A DNA stretch of 64,000 bases, from assembly GCA_043754535.1 (NCBI GenBank), contig JAYUUN010000120.1, forward strand, positions 1-64,000. Reading direction: 5' to 3'. Source of the stretch: Chloroflexota bacterium (lineage in GTDB: Bacteria; Chloroflexota; Chloroflexia; QHBQ01). Below the pieces are notes generated by a model, which was not told the origin of the DNA, ran no database searches, and was given only the letters and a program-made list of their open reading frames with translations. A program made the translations under genes and the position numbers. Each line of letters begins with the position of its first letter. Within the stretch, counting starts at the first letter, position 1. Shown here piece by piece: positions 1 to 11,204 of this stretch.

Positions 1-136
1 TGATCCGCGCAACCAGGGCAGCTAGAGCTGTAGGTACTACCATCACCCCTCAGCTTGCCATAGCCTGGCCGAATTGAGTACAATAGGATGGTAGCAGCCG
101 ACTTTTGCCGATTAGCATAGAAGGAGAGATGAGGCG

Positions 137-1327
<1,191 letters not shown>

Positions 1328-1354
1328 GCGGCGGCCCAGCAACTTGGGGAAACG

Positions 1355-1873
1355 ATGCCTGTTTATCCTTACAAGGGCAAGTGGCCGCGCATCGCGCCTG
1401 ACGTTTATCTCGCGCCGACTGCCTGCGTGATTGGCGACGTGACGATTGGCGCAGGCAGCAGCGTGTGGTTTAATGCGGTGCTGCGCGCCGACAACGCCCC
1501 GATTGTGCTGGGCGCACGCTGCAATGTGCAGGACAATTGCACGATCCACACTGACGACGACCTCCCCGCTATCCTGGGCGATGGATGTTCGCTGGGCCAC
1601 GCAGCGGTAGTGCATGGGGCGCGGCTGGCGAATGATGTGCTGGTGGCGATGGGGGCAATCGTCCTCAGCGGAGCGACGGTGGGGGCGGAGAGCATCATTG
1701 CCGCCAACGCCGTGGTCACCGAGGGCAGACAAATCGCCGCCCGTTCGCTGGTTGTAGGCACCCCTGGCAAGGTAGCCCGCGAGGTGACGGAGGTCGAGAC
1801 CGCCCGCATCCACCTGACCAGCGACCACTACGTAGCCGAGGCACGTAACTACGCCGCCGAGAGCAAAGGCTAG
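1355..1873 (+). CDS. Gamma-carbonic anhydrase family hexapeptide-repeat protein (YrdA/PaaY/CaiE-like)
   Basis: IGDVTIG..SVWFNAVLRAD..NVQDNCTIH..GHAAVVHG motifs. Own GGGGA RBS before ATG 1355. The ORF track fuses it to the thiolase. Confidence 0.88.
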   Translation: MPVYPYKGKWPRIAPDVYLAPTACVIGDVTIGAGSSVWFNAVLRADNAPIVLGARCNVQDNCTIHTDDDLPAILGDGCSLGHAAVVHGARLANDVLVAMGAIVLSGATVGAESIIAANAVVTEGRQIAARSLVVGTPGKVAREVTEVETARIHLTSDHYVAEARNYAAESKG

Positions 1874-2679
1874 TTCTTCTCCTTGTACAAAGCAGGTGGC
1901 AGACTGATCTGGAACTCTACTCTAGGGCTGAGCAGCACCGAGTGGGGTTGCTGCGTCTCCTGGCGGCTAAGGATGCCAAGCCGTTCGAGCAGAGCGAAGC
2001 GCGCGTGCAGCAGCCTACCTGTGGTCAACTCCATCGCTGGGTGCCAGATGGTATAGCTGCCTAGCCTCCCGTCGCGCCGATAGAATACGCCCCGCACCGG
2101 GTTGGTCAGCACGTAACGTTGCTGGTCGAGCGAGTGGAAGCCAGGCAGCAAGCCCATTGCATGGCCCGTACCGACGAGAGCAATCTCTGCCGCTGCCCAT
2201 GCGCTCTGCGTCCGCACCTGATAGCGGGTGTAGCGTTGTTGGCTGGCCGAATAGGTGGTTGCGAACTGGTAGCGCGCCCGATACCAGGGTAGTTGCCAGG
2301 CATGATGCGCGAAGGCCACCGCCGCTGCACCCAGGGTGGTGCCGAAGAACCACGCCTGGTCTTCCCCCTGCTGGTCGGTTACATAGAGGCGGTAGTTGGT
2401 TTGGCCGAAGCGGAAGCGCAGCCAGGGCAGGCGGCTGAAACAGAAGTCCTGGTCGAGGAAGGGTACAACCGAGAGCAAGCCGTACTTGCGCCCATCCACC
2501 GTAAACGGCACAATCCCAAACTGGGGATTGACGTGGGGGCGCAACCGTTCTAGCGGCACCAGGTAGCTAATGATGGCGAAGTGGCGCAGGCTGGTGGTCA
2601 CGTCCAGCCAGCCCAGCGGTGGGCGTAGCAGGCGGGCAGCGAGTAGGGCGGGGTAATCGAGGGCTACTACTTCATCCAT
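1870..2679 (-). CDS. DUF2071/YqjF-like protein
   Basis: FAIISY.VP.ERLRP, LSVVPF, F.QTNYRLYV and W.LPW pattern. TGCTATAAT lies 6 nt before ATG 2679. Confidence 0.7.
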   Translation of the reverse strand: MDEVVALDYPALLAARLLRPPLGWLDVTTSLRHFAIISYLVPLERLRPHVNPQFGIVPFTVDGRKYGLLSVVPFLDQDFCFSRLPWLRFRFGQTNYRLYVTDQQGEDQAWFFGTTLGAAAVAFAHHAWQLPWYRARYQFATTYSASQQRYTRYQVRTQSAWAAAEIALVGTGHAMGLLPGFHSLDQQRYVLTNPVRGVFYRRDGRLGSYTIWHPAMELTTGRLLHARFALLERLGILSRQETQQPHSVLLSPRVEFQISLPPALYKEKN

Positions 2680-2710
2680 ACGCTTATTATAGCACAGTGC
2701 CACTCAGTGA

Positions 2711-2740
2711 CAAAAAAGAAGGGGCGCATCCGCACCCCAC
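2711..2740 (-). terminator. Intrinsic terminator after the small lipoprotein
   Basis: Minus strand GGGGTGC-GGAT-GCGCCCC followed by TTCTTTTTT. It lies inside the ORF-track extension beyond the TTA. Confidence 0.75.
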
Positions 2741-2762
2741 TTGCTCTACTCACGTAGGCAAC

Positions 2763-3023
2763 TAACGGGGTGGTGGAGGGTACATCGTTCGGCATGGACT
2801 CGCCAGTGTTCTCTGGCTGCGGTACGCCCTGAGTCGGCTGCTCTGTGGGCAAAGTTGCTGGCTTAACCCCCTTCGGGTTGGTCGTAGGCTGGCTGGCAGT
2901 GGTGGCGGACGGCTGGCGCACTGCCGTGGGGGTTGGGTTGCTCTCACCCCCACAGGCGGCCAGCAACAGGCTGGCGGTCAAGATTGCGCTGGCTACCCAG
3001 CCGACGTTCTCTAGCTTCTTCAA
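2763..3023 (-). CDS. Small Pro/Thr-rich lipoprotein; ends at in-frame TTA 2765-2763
   Basis: Basic N-terminus, hydrophobic stretch and lipobox LAAC-GG. TTG start with TAGGAG RBS. Terminator about 25 nt after the TTA. Confidence 0.7.
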
Positions 3024-3220
3024 AATAAACTTGGCTCCTATCTTTTGCTTGCTGCTTGTCCTGGTAACGCTCGGAGCAGCAGCGCATTATAACCAATCTG
3101 TGCGCAGGCGGCAAGCACACTAGCCGCTGGCAAACTACTAGCTCTGCTCAGGGGCAACGGAGAAGGCCCGCAGATGTTAGTCTGGAGCATGAGCAGCTAG
3201 TGCTTGTGGAAGCGTGTGTC

Positions 3221-3472
3221 TAACTCGTTGCGAGTGGTGGTGGCCCGTTGCAAGGCAGCGTGGCGGTGTTTGTAGGCAACCCCTACAACCCAGGCGAAGC
3301 TGGTAAATGCACCGATCATGGTGCAGCCAACCAGCCAGAACAACGTGCTGTCACCTCCAAGCAGTTCGCTGGTTAGCAGGGTGATCAACACCCCGCTGAT
3401 TGCCCCAACCAATGCCCCCACTGCGCTGAAGACAACAATAGCAGCAACCGTGTAGATTATCTGGTTCTTCAT
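3221..3472 (-). CDS. Small two-TM membrane protein; TTA at 3223-3221 (TAG at 3197 under the standard code)
   Basis: AAGGAGG RBS 5 nt before ATG 3472 and two hydrophobic helices. Confidence 0.6.
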
Positions 3473-3670
3473 GTATTCCTCCTTACTGGCCCAATAAGGA
3501 CAAGCAGATCGCTCGCACCCATTATAGCAGTATAATCGTAACACTGGTTAGCTTTGTTACGGCTGGCGGAGGAAATATGCCCAGCGTCGTACTATCCCGT
3601 CTGGTAACAGCAGCGAGCATGACTATGCGCCGCTCCTTGCAAGGGGCGGCGCACGGTGGTTGGTGGCTAC

Positions 3671-4258
3671 TTAGTTCTGCTCCTCCAACGGCACGAAGTA
3701 CACGTCGGTTGGCTTGAACTTGCTGTTGCGGACGAATTGAGCGTAGACTGGCATCCCAATCTTCAGCTTCTCTGGGGCAATGCCCACGATGCGGCTGAGG
3801 AACAGGGTGTCTACCCCTTCAAACTCGACCAAGATCAGGTTGAAGGGGGTTTCGTTGAGGAAGGCTTCACCGCCAAAGTAGCAGGTGGTGAAGGTGTGAA
3901 TCTTGCCTTCGCGGGGCAACTCCACCCACTCGGTAGGCTTGCCACCCTGCGAAGACTGATCGAAGTCCATGGCGTGGCCGCGTGGGGTAGCATAGGTGTA
4001 GCCGTCGGTCGTGCGGCTGCCCATCAGCTTGCCCTGTGAGAGGCCAACGAAGAAGGGGGTATCTTGGGCGTAGCTGTGGATGTAATCAATCTCATAGTGG
4101 TACTTGATCATGATCGGGTCGGTGTTAAAGAGGATCGTACCACTGTCGTTCTCTGGCAGCTTGTAGAGGTTAGCCCGCTCGTTCTTCGGCACGTTCGGCT
4201 GGGGAATTGGTGGGTTGTCGCTGCTGACCGCCTGAACCTGCTCGGTGCTATCGGCCAT
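3671..4258 (-). CDS. DUF35/ChsH2-type OB-fold partner of a thiolase-like protein (Zn-ribbon cysteines absent)
   Basis: YSY..DTPFF.GL.QGKLMGSR, TEWVELP.EGKIHTFT and LILVEF..IGMPV motifs. AGGAGG RBS. Directly follows the thiolase-like gene. Confidence 0.85.
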   Translation of the reverse strand: MADSTEQVQAVSSDNPPIPQPNVPKNERANLYKLPENDSGTILFNTDPIMIKYHYEIDYIHSYAQDTPFFVGLSQGKLMGSRTTDGYTYATPRGHAMDFDQSSQGGKPTEWVELPREGKIHTFTTCYFGGEAFLNETPFNLILVEFEGVDTLFLSRIVGIAPEKLKIGMPVYAQFVRNSKFKPTDVYFVPLEEQN

Positions 4259-4259
4259 C

Positions 4260-5576
4260 TTACGCCTCCTCCTTGCCGCTGTCGTTGCTGCCATTACTAC
4301 TGTTATCGGGGCTACTGAGGGAGCGAGTGCCTTCCATGATCGACACGGTGATGTAGGTACCCGTACCCGCGTGGCTGTGGATCGCAGCACGCTTGGCGTT
4401 CTTGATCGCCAGCTTGTCGTTGCCCAGGTGCTTCTTCATGCTGCCCTGCAATTGCCAGAAGGCAAAGACCGCCTGCATCAGCCCAGTTGCGCCGACGGGG
4501 TGGCCGCAAGCGAGCAGGCCGCCACTGGGGTTGACCGGCAGCTTGCCGTCCAACTCGGAATGTCCTTCTTCGATGAACTTGCCGCCGTCGCCGTACTTGC
4601 AGAGGCCCATGTCCTCGTAAGTCTGGATTTCGGAGGAGGTATAAGCATCGTGTAGTTCAACAAAATCAAGGTCTTCGATTGGGTTGGTGATGCCAGCCAT
4701 CTTGTAGGCCAGCTTGGTCGCCGCGCGCCCGCCCCGGAAGGAGTGGACACCAGGGTACTTGAGGTCTTTGTAGTCGGCCTCGTTCTCATGGTCAAGCAGG
4801 ATCACCTTGCCATGTGGGCGGTCAGACATACGCATCGTGTCGGTGCCAGAGCCAATGCCAGTGACAAGCACCGGGTCAACCGCGCCCATCTTGATCGCCA
4901 TTTCCTCGGTAGCGAAGATGACGGTCGCTGCACCGTCGGACATGGTGCAAATGTCAAGCAGGGTAAGGGGAGTAGCGACCATTGTGGCGGCGCGCACATC
5001 CTCTACCGTTAGCTTGGCAGGGTACTGCGAGTAAGGGTTGTAGAGCGCATTGCCGTGGTTCTTGATGCTGACTTTTGCCAGTTGCTCGACAGTGGTGCCA
5101 AACTCGTACATATGGCGTTGCACCATCATCGCGTAGTAGCCAGAGTAGAAGCCACCAACCGGGAAGTCAAAGTTGGTGTCACTGGCAAGAGCAATGAACT
5201 CGTTGCCCTTCCAGGTGTTAACGTGGCTCATCGTCTCGAAGCCGTAGGCCACGCAAACCTCCATGCGCCCGCTGGCAATCGACTCCCAGCCTGCCTGGAA
5301 GCAGAGGCCGCCGGTCGCGCCACCGCCCTCCACCCGCTTGCTGGGCTTCGGCACCAGGCCGAGGTAGTCCTGCACCATGATGCCCGCCATCAGTTGGCGG
5401 GTGAAGTGGTCGGAGAAGTAAGAGGCGATGCTACCATCAATCATTTCCATTGTCAGGTTCGGCACGTCACGCATGGCGTAATCGAAGGACTCCTTGACCA
5501 TTGCGCGGAAGTCCTGGCGAGGGTTGGCCTTGCGGAACTTGGTGATGCCACCTGAGACCATGTAGACGGGTCTCAT
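4260..5576 (-). CDS. SCP2/archaeal-type thiolase-domain protein lacking the nucleophilic Cys
   Basis: RVEGGGATGG in place of the CxS/CAS motif; GFETMS, SDGAA, ELHDAY and VNPSGGLLACGHPVGATG. AAGGAG RBS before ATG 5576. Confidence 0.88.
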   Translation of the reverse strand: MRPVYMVSGGITKFRKANPRQDFRAMVKESFDYAMRDVPNLTMEMIDGSIASYFSDHFTRQLMAGIMVQDYLGLVPKPSKRVEGGGATGGLCFQAGWESIASGRMEVCVAYGFETMSHVNTWKGNEFIALASDTNFDFPVGGFYSGYYAMMVQRHMYEFGTTVEQLAKVSIKNHGNALYNPYSQYPAKLTVEDVRAATMVATPLTLLDICTMSDGAATVIFATEEMAIKMGAVDPVLVTGIGSGTDTMRMSDRPHGKVILLDHENEADYKDLKYPGVHSFRGGRAATKLAYKMAGITNPIEDLDFVELHDAYTSSEIQTYEDMGLCKYGDGGKFIEEGHSELDGKLPVNPSGGLLACGHPVGATGLMQAVFAFWQLQGSMKKHLGNDKLAIKNAKRAAIHSHAGTGTYITVSIMEGTRSLSSPDNSSNGSNDSGKEEA

Positions 5577-5868
5577 TAAGTAGGGTGACTCCTTTCGACG
5601 AGAGCTACATTGCATCCGGGGCGGAGCCGGGTGGCCCGCCTGGCGGCGACGCTGCCGCTGGCGGTGATTATAGCAGGGTTGGTGGGGGGATGCAAGCGCG
5701 GCACACAAGACTCAAATGCTGCCCCACACCATCCTCACCAAAGCCACGCCGCCAACCGCCCGTTCCGTCCGTTCGACAACCCTGCGTCTACCAGTCGCTT
5801 GCATCACCCATCCACTTGTGCTATAATCCAGCCATCAGCTACTATGCTGTAGAATAAGGGGGACGGCT

Positions 5869-7392
5869 ATGCTTGCCTGCATCAACAGTTGTGCAGTGAT
5901 TGGCCTGGATGGGGCGTTGGTGCAGGTTGAGGTGGATGTGGCGCGGGGGCTGCCCAACTTCAACGTCGTGGGCCTGCCCGATAAGTCGGTGCAAGAAAGC
6001 CGCGAACGGGTGCGGGCTGCCATCCGCAACTCTGGCTACGTCTTCCCATCTGCCCGCCTGACCGTCAACCTCGCCCCTGCCGACCTGAAGAAGGAGGGGC
6101 CATCCTACGACCTGCCTATTGCCCTCGGCATCATGGCCGCCAGCGATCAGGTGGCGGCCAAGCTCGAACACTGTGTCTTCCTCGGTGAACTGAGCCTAGA
6201 CGGTAGCGTACGCCACACTGAGGGCGTGCTGCCGATGGTCGCGGTGGCGAAGGAGCGCGGTATCCGCACTGTCTACTTGCCCAGCGACGACGCAGGCGAA
6301 GCCTCGCTGGTGGAGGACATTGAGATCGTGCCGGTCAAGACGCTGACCGAACTGGTCTCGCACCTCAACGGCCTGGGCGCGATCAGCCCCTATGTGGCTG
6401 ACATGAGCGTGTTTACCGACGCAGGGCAGGGCCAATACGAGGTAGATATGGCCCACATCAAAGGGCAGGAACACGTCAAGCGGGCCATCGAAGTGGCGGC
6501 AGCGGGCGGCCACAATATGCTGATGGTGGGGCCACCAGGGAGCGGCAAGACCCTGATCGCGCGCACTATGCCCACCATCCTGCCGCCGCTTACCCCTGGC
6601 GAGATGTTGACCGTGACCAAAATCTACAGCGTCAGTGGGATGCTGCCCGCCGACCGCCCCTTCGTCAGCCAACGCCCCTTTCGCGCCCCCCACCACACGA
6701 TCAGCCACGCTGGGCTGGTGGGCGGTGGGCGGATGCCGCGTCCTGGTGAGATCACCCTAGCCAGTCACGGTGTCCTCTTTCTAGACGAGCTACCAGAGTT
6801 CAACGCCCAGGCTCTGGAGACGCTGCGCCAACCGTTGGAGGATCGAGTGGTGACGATCAGCCGCGCCGCCGGTTCGCTCACTTTCCCCGCCAACTTCATG
6901 TTGGTGGCGGCCATGAACCCCTGTCCTTGCGGCTTCTTCGGCGACCCCGCGAAGGCTTGCGTCTGCGCCTCCTCGTCGATCAGCCGCTACCAGAAGCGGA
7001 TCAGCGGCCCCCTGCTCGACCGCATCGATATCCACGTAGAGGTTCCCCGTGTGGAGTACGAGAAGCTGGCCGACAATCGGGCTGGCGAAGCCTCGGCCAC
7101 CATCCGGGCGCGGGTGGCGGCGGCCCGCAAGGTGCAGACTGCCCGCTTCGCTGATATCCATGCCAGCACCAACAGCGAGATGACCCCCGATCAGGTACAC
7201 CAGTTCTGTCCGCTAGACCAGACGGGCGCGAACCTGCTCAAGGCCGCTGTACGCCAACTGCACCTCTCTGCCCGCGCTTACCACCGCATCCTCAAGCTGG
7301 GCCGCACCATAGCCGACCTCGCGGGCGAGACCAACATCCAGCCGATGCACATTGCCGAGGCGATCCAGTACCGCCCACGAGAAGCGAGCTAG
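5869..7392 (+). CDS. comM: YifB/ComM Mg-chelatase-like AAA+ ATPase
   Basis: VGLPDKSVQESRERV, NLAPADLKKEG, GPPGSGKT, RPFRAPHH, LFLDELPEF, AMNPCPCG and LSARAYHR motifs. Confidence 0.95.
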   Translation: MLACINSCAVIGLDGALVQVEVDVARGLPNFNVVGLPDKSVQESRERVRAAIRNSGYVFPSARLTVNLAPADLKKEGPSYDLPIALGIMAASDQVAAKLEHCVFLGELSLDGSVRHTEGVLPMVAVAKERGIRTVYLPSDDAGEASLVEDIEIVPVKTLTELVSHLNGLGAISPYVADMSVFTDAGQGQYEVDMAHIKGQEHVKRAIEVAAAGGHNMLMVGPPGSGKTLIARTMPTILPPLTPGEMLTVTKIYSVSGMLPADRPFVSQRPFRAPHHTISHAGLVGGGRMPRPGEITLASHGVLFLDELPEFNAQALETLRQPLEDRVVTISRAAGSLTFPANFMLVAAMNPCPCGFFGDPAKACVCASSSISRYQKRISGPLLDRIDIHVEVPRVEYEKLADNRAGEASATIRARVAAARKVQTARFADIHASTNSEMTPDQVHQFCPLDQTGANLLKAAVRQLHLSARAYHRILKLGRTIADLAGETNIQPMHIAEAIQYRPREAS

Positions 7393-7525
7393 TCGGCCCG
7401 CTAGCCACCGCTTAGCCAGGCGATCCCCCCAAGCCTGCACGAAAGCCAAGCAGTTTACCACTTTAGGCTGATGCAACTGCCCGCTGCTGTGCTACAATTG
7501 TACCCACATCATGCAGGAGGGGAAG

Positions 7526-8923
7526 ATGGCCGAAGTCAAGGATGAACAGAACGCCCCAGAGTTGATCGCTGCCCACGAGGAACACACCCCTGCTGGCGAA
7601 GCGGCACGCTTGAGCGGGGTGGCTGATGCCGTGAAGGAGGAGGGGGTACGGGGGGAGGTAGTCAAAGCAGAGCCGCCTGCCCGCCTGCTGCGCCAGACTA
7701 CCTTCTGGCTGGTCTGGGCCGGGCAGTCGGTGTCTGTACTGGGCGACGCGATCTATGGTATCGCTCTGATCTTCTGGATTTCGACCTTGCCCGGCGGGGT
7801 GGCCCAAAACGCGGCGGCTCTGGCGGGTTTCGGCCTGGTCAGTAGCATCCCACGCCTGACCCTCGGCCCGCTGATGGCTGGGCTGATCGACCGCCTCAGC
7901 CGCAAGTGGATTATGCTCAGTGCCGATCTGCTGCGCGGTGGCGTGATCACCCTGATCAGCTTGCTGCTGGTCGCTGGGCAGTTGCAACTTTGGCACGTCT
8001 ACATTGCCGCCTTCGTTGACACTCTCTGTAATACCTTGCACGAACCCTCGTTTGAGGCCAGCATCGCCAACCTGGTGCCGAAGTCGCTGCTGACGCGGGC
8101 CAATGGGCTGGTGCAATCCTCGTTTAGCGCAGCCAACATCCTCGGCCCAGCCCTCGGCGGCACCCTGATCGCCCTGCTCGGTCTGCCGCTGGTGGTAGAG
8201 GTCAACGCGCTCAGCTTCTTCGTTGCCGCTGGCACCATGTTCTTCGCTGTCATCCCCCAACGGCGCGAAATGAGCGAGAAGCTAACCAGCTTCAGCGAGT
8301 ATTGGGGGCGTACGCTGCACGATGCGGCTTACGGCTTCAAGTTCATCCGCGCCAATCCCACTTTGTTCTACCTCCTCTCCATGTTCACCTCAGCCAACTT
8401 CTGGGGCGGGCCAGTCGCTACCCTCACCCCTCTCCTGATCCTTGATACTTTGAAGGGGAATGCTTCGACCCTCGGTATCGTCAACTCGGTGGAGGCGGCA
8501 GGCTTCCTGGTGGGGGCGACGCTGATCGGGGCGGGCTTGCTCAAGTTCCGCAAACACTACCAGGGGGTAGCCTTTGGCCTTGCTCTCGGCGGCTTCGGTG
8601 CGCTGCTGGTCGGCGCGTTCGCCGCAGTGCGCTTTACCCCCGGCGTGGTTGCCGCTGGCTTCGTGGACGCACTGGCGATCCCAGTCGCCAACACCAACAG
8701 CACCGCAATCTGGCAGCTAAAGACCCCCGATGAGGCACGAGGCCGCGTGTTCGCTGCCCGCCGCACGATAGCGCAGGCTACATTCCCGCTCAGTGTCGCT
8801 CTCTCTGCGCCCGCCGCCGCCTTCTTTGGCGTGGTCAACGTGGTAATCTTCTGCGGCGCAATGGGGATGCTGACGGGCATCGTCGGCCTGTTTCTTAAGC
8901 CACTACGCACGCTGGAGGATTGA
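7526..8923 (+). CDS. MFS transporter (DHA3/macrolide-efflux-like)
   Basis: About 12 TM segments, G.LIDRLSRK motif A, GPALGG and GRVFA. AGGAGG RBS before ATG 7526. Confidence 0.9.
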   Translation: MAEVKDEQNAPELIAAHEEHTPAGEAARLSGVADAVKEEGVRGEVVKAEPPARLLRQTTFWLVWAGQSVSVLGDAIYGIALIFWISTLPGGVAQNAAALAGFGLVSSIPRLTLGPLMAGLIDRLSRKWIMLSADLLRGGVITLISLLLVAGQLQLWHVYIAAFVDTLCNTLHEPSFEASIANLVPKSLLTRANGLVQSSFSAANILGPALGGTLIALLGLPLVVEVNALSFFVAAGTMFFAVIPQRREMSEKLTSFSEYWGRTLHDAAYGFKFIRANPTLFYLLSMFTSANFWGGPVATLTPLLILDTLKGNASTLGIVNSVEAAGFLVGATLIGAGLLKFRKHYQGVAFGLALGGFGALLVGAFAAVRFTPGVVAAGFVDALAIPVANTNSTAIWQLKTPDEARGRVFAARRTIAQATFPLSVALSAPAAAFFGVVNVVIFCGAMGMLTGIVGLFLKPLRTLED

Positions 8924-9065
8924 TAGTCGTCTGCGAACAGCGGCGGTGCAAGTAACAGCTACTGGTCGCTTGTGTCAGCACAACGTCTGTGGCATAATGC
9001 ACGTTCCAGTATGCGGATGTGGGTGGCATGGTTCCCGCATCGCTACTGTCATTAGGAGAACGCTG

Positions 9066-9938
9066 ATGTATACCCTACCCGATGATGCTAGTGGACGCAG
9101 CCGCGAACTACTAGCCCTCGCCCAGGAGCTTGCCGCCCGCTGCCCAGCCTCGCTGGCGACCGAGATCGCTGTCAGTGGCTCGGTGGCGCGGGGCGTGGCC
9201 GACCAGTACAGCGATCTGGAGGTCAACCTCTGGGCAGAGCGCGTGCCAGACCTGGCGGAGCGTAGCGTGTGGCTACACGAGATTGCTGACAGCAACCTGG
9301 AACTGGATGTGCTGTCTCTGCCTCCAGAAATGGTCAACTCAATCTGTCGCTACCAGGGAGTGTGGATCGAACTTGCTTGGCAGCCGATCACCCCGGTGGA
9401 GCGGCTGTTCCGCGACCTGCTGGTGGGCGCAGATGTGCAGAGTGGCAGCCTGCAACTGGCCGAGGCCGTCACCCACGCCCTGCCGCTCCGCACTGAGGGT
9501 AAGTTGGCTGCATGGCAAGGGCTGCTGGCGCACTACCCAGATGTGGTGCAGCGACAGGTGATCGAGAGCCGCACTGCTGACTGGAACCACCCACTGTACG
9601 CCCAGGCACGCTGGGCCGCAGCTCAACGGCGGCAACAGCTAGCCTTCACCGAGCAAGTCGTCAGCTTGCTGAACAGTACTCTTAGCATCCTCTTTGCGAT
9701 CAGCCACGAGTGGGAGCCTACCTTTAAGTGGCTGCCACAACTGAGTAGCCGCCTCTCTGTTGCCCCGCAGTAGATGTTGCAGCGCGTAGAGTGCATCCTC
9801 ACCGCCAACCAGCCGACGGCGCGACTGGCAGCCCTCTTTCGCCTGATGTTGGATACCCTCGACCTTGTACCAGCGGAGATCGACGTGAGCAAGGCGCAGG
9901 CGGTCTTGAGCGCGAGTCTGCGTGAACATGGCTACTAA
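9066..9938 (+). pseudogene. Nucleotidyltransferase-domain (DUF4037-like) protein interrupted by in-frame TAG at 9771-9773
   Basis: SGSVARGVADQYSDLEV NTase motif. After CAG-TAG the same frame continues 54 plausible codons to TAA 9936-9938. Confidence 0.6.
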
Positions 9939-10003
9939 TCGGTTGGTGGCCCACCGCTTGCTGAAAGTAGGCAGGCGGCTGGACAATAAGCAGAGGAGGG
10001 GCG

Positions 10004-10300
10004 ATGATGGACGAGCGCGAACAAACAATCCAGAACATACAGCAGGGTGGCAGCAATACGGGCGGTGCTGAGGGTGGCCTGATCAACCTGGCCGCCAACG
10101 TCGAGGAAGGCAGTGCCGAGCGCAGTGCGGTGCTGGCCGACTTGCAGAGCGGCGGCGGTGAGCATCCCGATGTTGAGGCCAACGAGCCGGGAGAGCATCA
10201 AGAGTCGCCGCTTGAAGGTGAGGGCTATCAGACCAGCGGTGATCTGCTGGGCAACGACCCCGACAGCTACGCTGGTGGGGACTACAAGAAAGAGAGCTAG
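10004..10300 (+). CDS. Small acidic, low-complexity hypothetical protein
   Basis: GAGGAGG RBS, coding-like codon bias, Gly/Glu/Asp rich. Confidence 0.6.
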   Translation: MMDEREQTIQNIQQGGSNTGGAEGGLINLAANVEEGSAERSAVLADLQSGGGEHPDVEANEPGEHQESPLEGEGYQTSGDLLGNDPDSYAGGDYKKES

Positions 10301-10302
10301 CG

Positions 10303-10560
10303 ATGGGCGACGTAGAACACGACTTGACCTACAACCTGGCTCAGGATGTGGGCGACTCTGGTATTGACGAGAGCGAGGCGGAGAGCGAAGACTATCTGGC
10401 GGTCAACGGTAGTGAGTGGGCTGCCGCTGATGCTGCCTATGCCGACGGTGAGATCGCCACGGGCAGCGAGGGTGGTGAGGAGGCAGAGGGTGGCGAACCT
10501 GGGTTGGGTGCAGAAGTAGGAAGCTACTCGGCGGAGGACGTGGAGGCAGACGGGGGATGA
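10303..10560 (+). CDS. Small very acidic hypothetical protein
   Basis: Starts 2 nt after the previous stop and its stop overlaps the sua5 start (ATGA). Confidence 0.55.
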   Translation: MGDVEHDLTYNLAQDVGDSGIDESEAESEDYLAVNGSEWAAADAAYADGEIATGSEGGEEAEGGEPGLGAEVGSYSAEDVEADGG

Positions 10561-11204
10561 AGACCCAGCTTGTTCGCAGCAATGGCTATTCGATCAGCCA
10601 GGCCATCCGCCTGCTCAAGCTGGGCGAGCCGCTGGTTTTCCCCACTGATACAGTGTATGGTCTTGGCGCACTGATCGACGAGGCGGCGGTGGCGAAGCTA
10701 TACGTAGTGAAGGGCCGGGCCTTCGACAAGCCGATTGCCGCGCTGATCGCCCGTCCCCAGGCTCTGGCGCAGGTGGCAGACCTCGACCAACTCAGCCCCG
10801 ACCGCCGCGCCCTGTGCGAGTTGCTGATCGCCCACTTCTGGCCTGGCGGTCTCACCCTGGTTCTCCCGGCTCAACCAACCGTACCAGCAAAGATGATTAG
10901 TGGTGGATCGACGGTGGGTGTGCGGATGCCGAACCATCCGATTGCCTTGACTATCCTGGAACAGTGTGGTGGGGCGTTGGCGGTGACGAGTGCGAACCAG
11001 AGCGGCCACCCCAGCCCAAACAGTGCTGAAGCCGCCCTTGCCAGCCTGGATGGCAGGTTGGAGATGATCCTTGATGGTGGCAGACAACCTATGAGCCTGG
11101 AGAGCAGCGTCCTTGATCTGAGCAGTGAGCATCCCCGTCTGCTCCGTGCAGGGGCAGTCACGGCTGACGAATTGCGGGCGGCAGGGGTGCTGTTGGCTAT
11201 CTAA
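10557..11204 (+). CDS. sua5: L-threonylcarbamoyladenylate synthase (Sua5/TsaC, YrdC domain only)
   Basis: FPTDTVYGLGA, KGR..KP, FWPGGLT, VGVRMP and TSANQSG motifs. Confidence 0.93.
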   Translation: MKTQLVRSNGYSISQAIRLLKLGEPLVFPTDTVYGLGALIDEAAVAKLYVVKGRAFDKPIAALIARPQALAQVADLDQLSPDRRALCELLIAHFWPGGLTLVLPAQPTVPAKMISGGSTVGVRMPNHPIALTILEQCGGALAVTSANQSGHPSPNSAEAALASLDGRLEMILDGGRQPMSLESSVLDLSSEHPRLLRAGAVTADELRAAGVLLAI

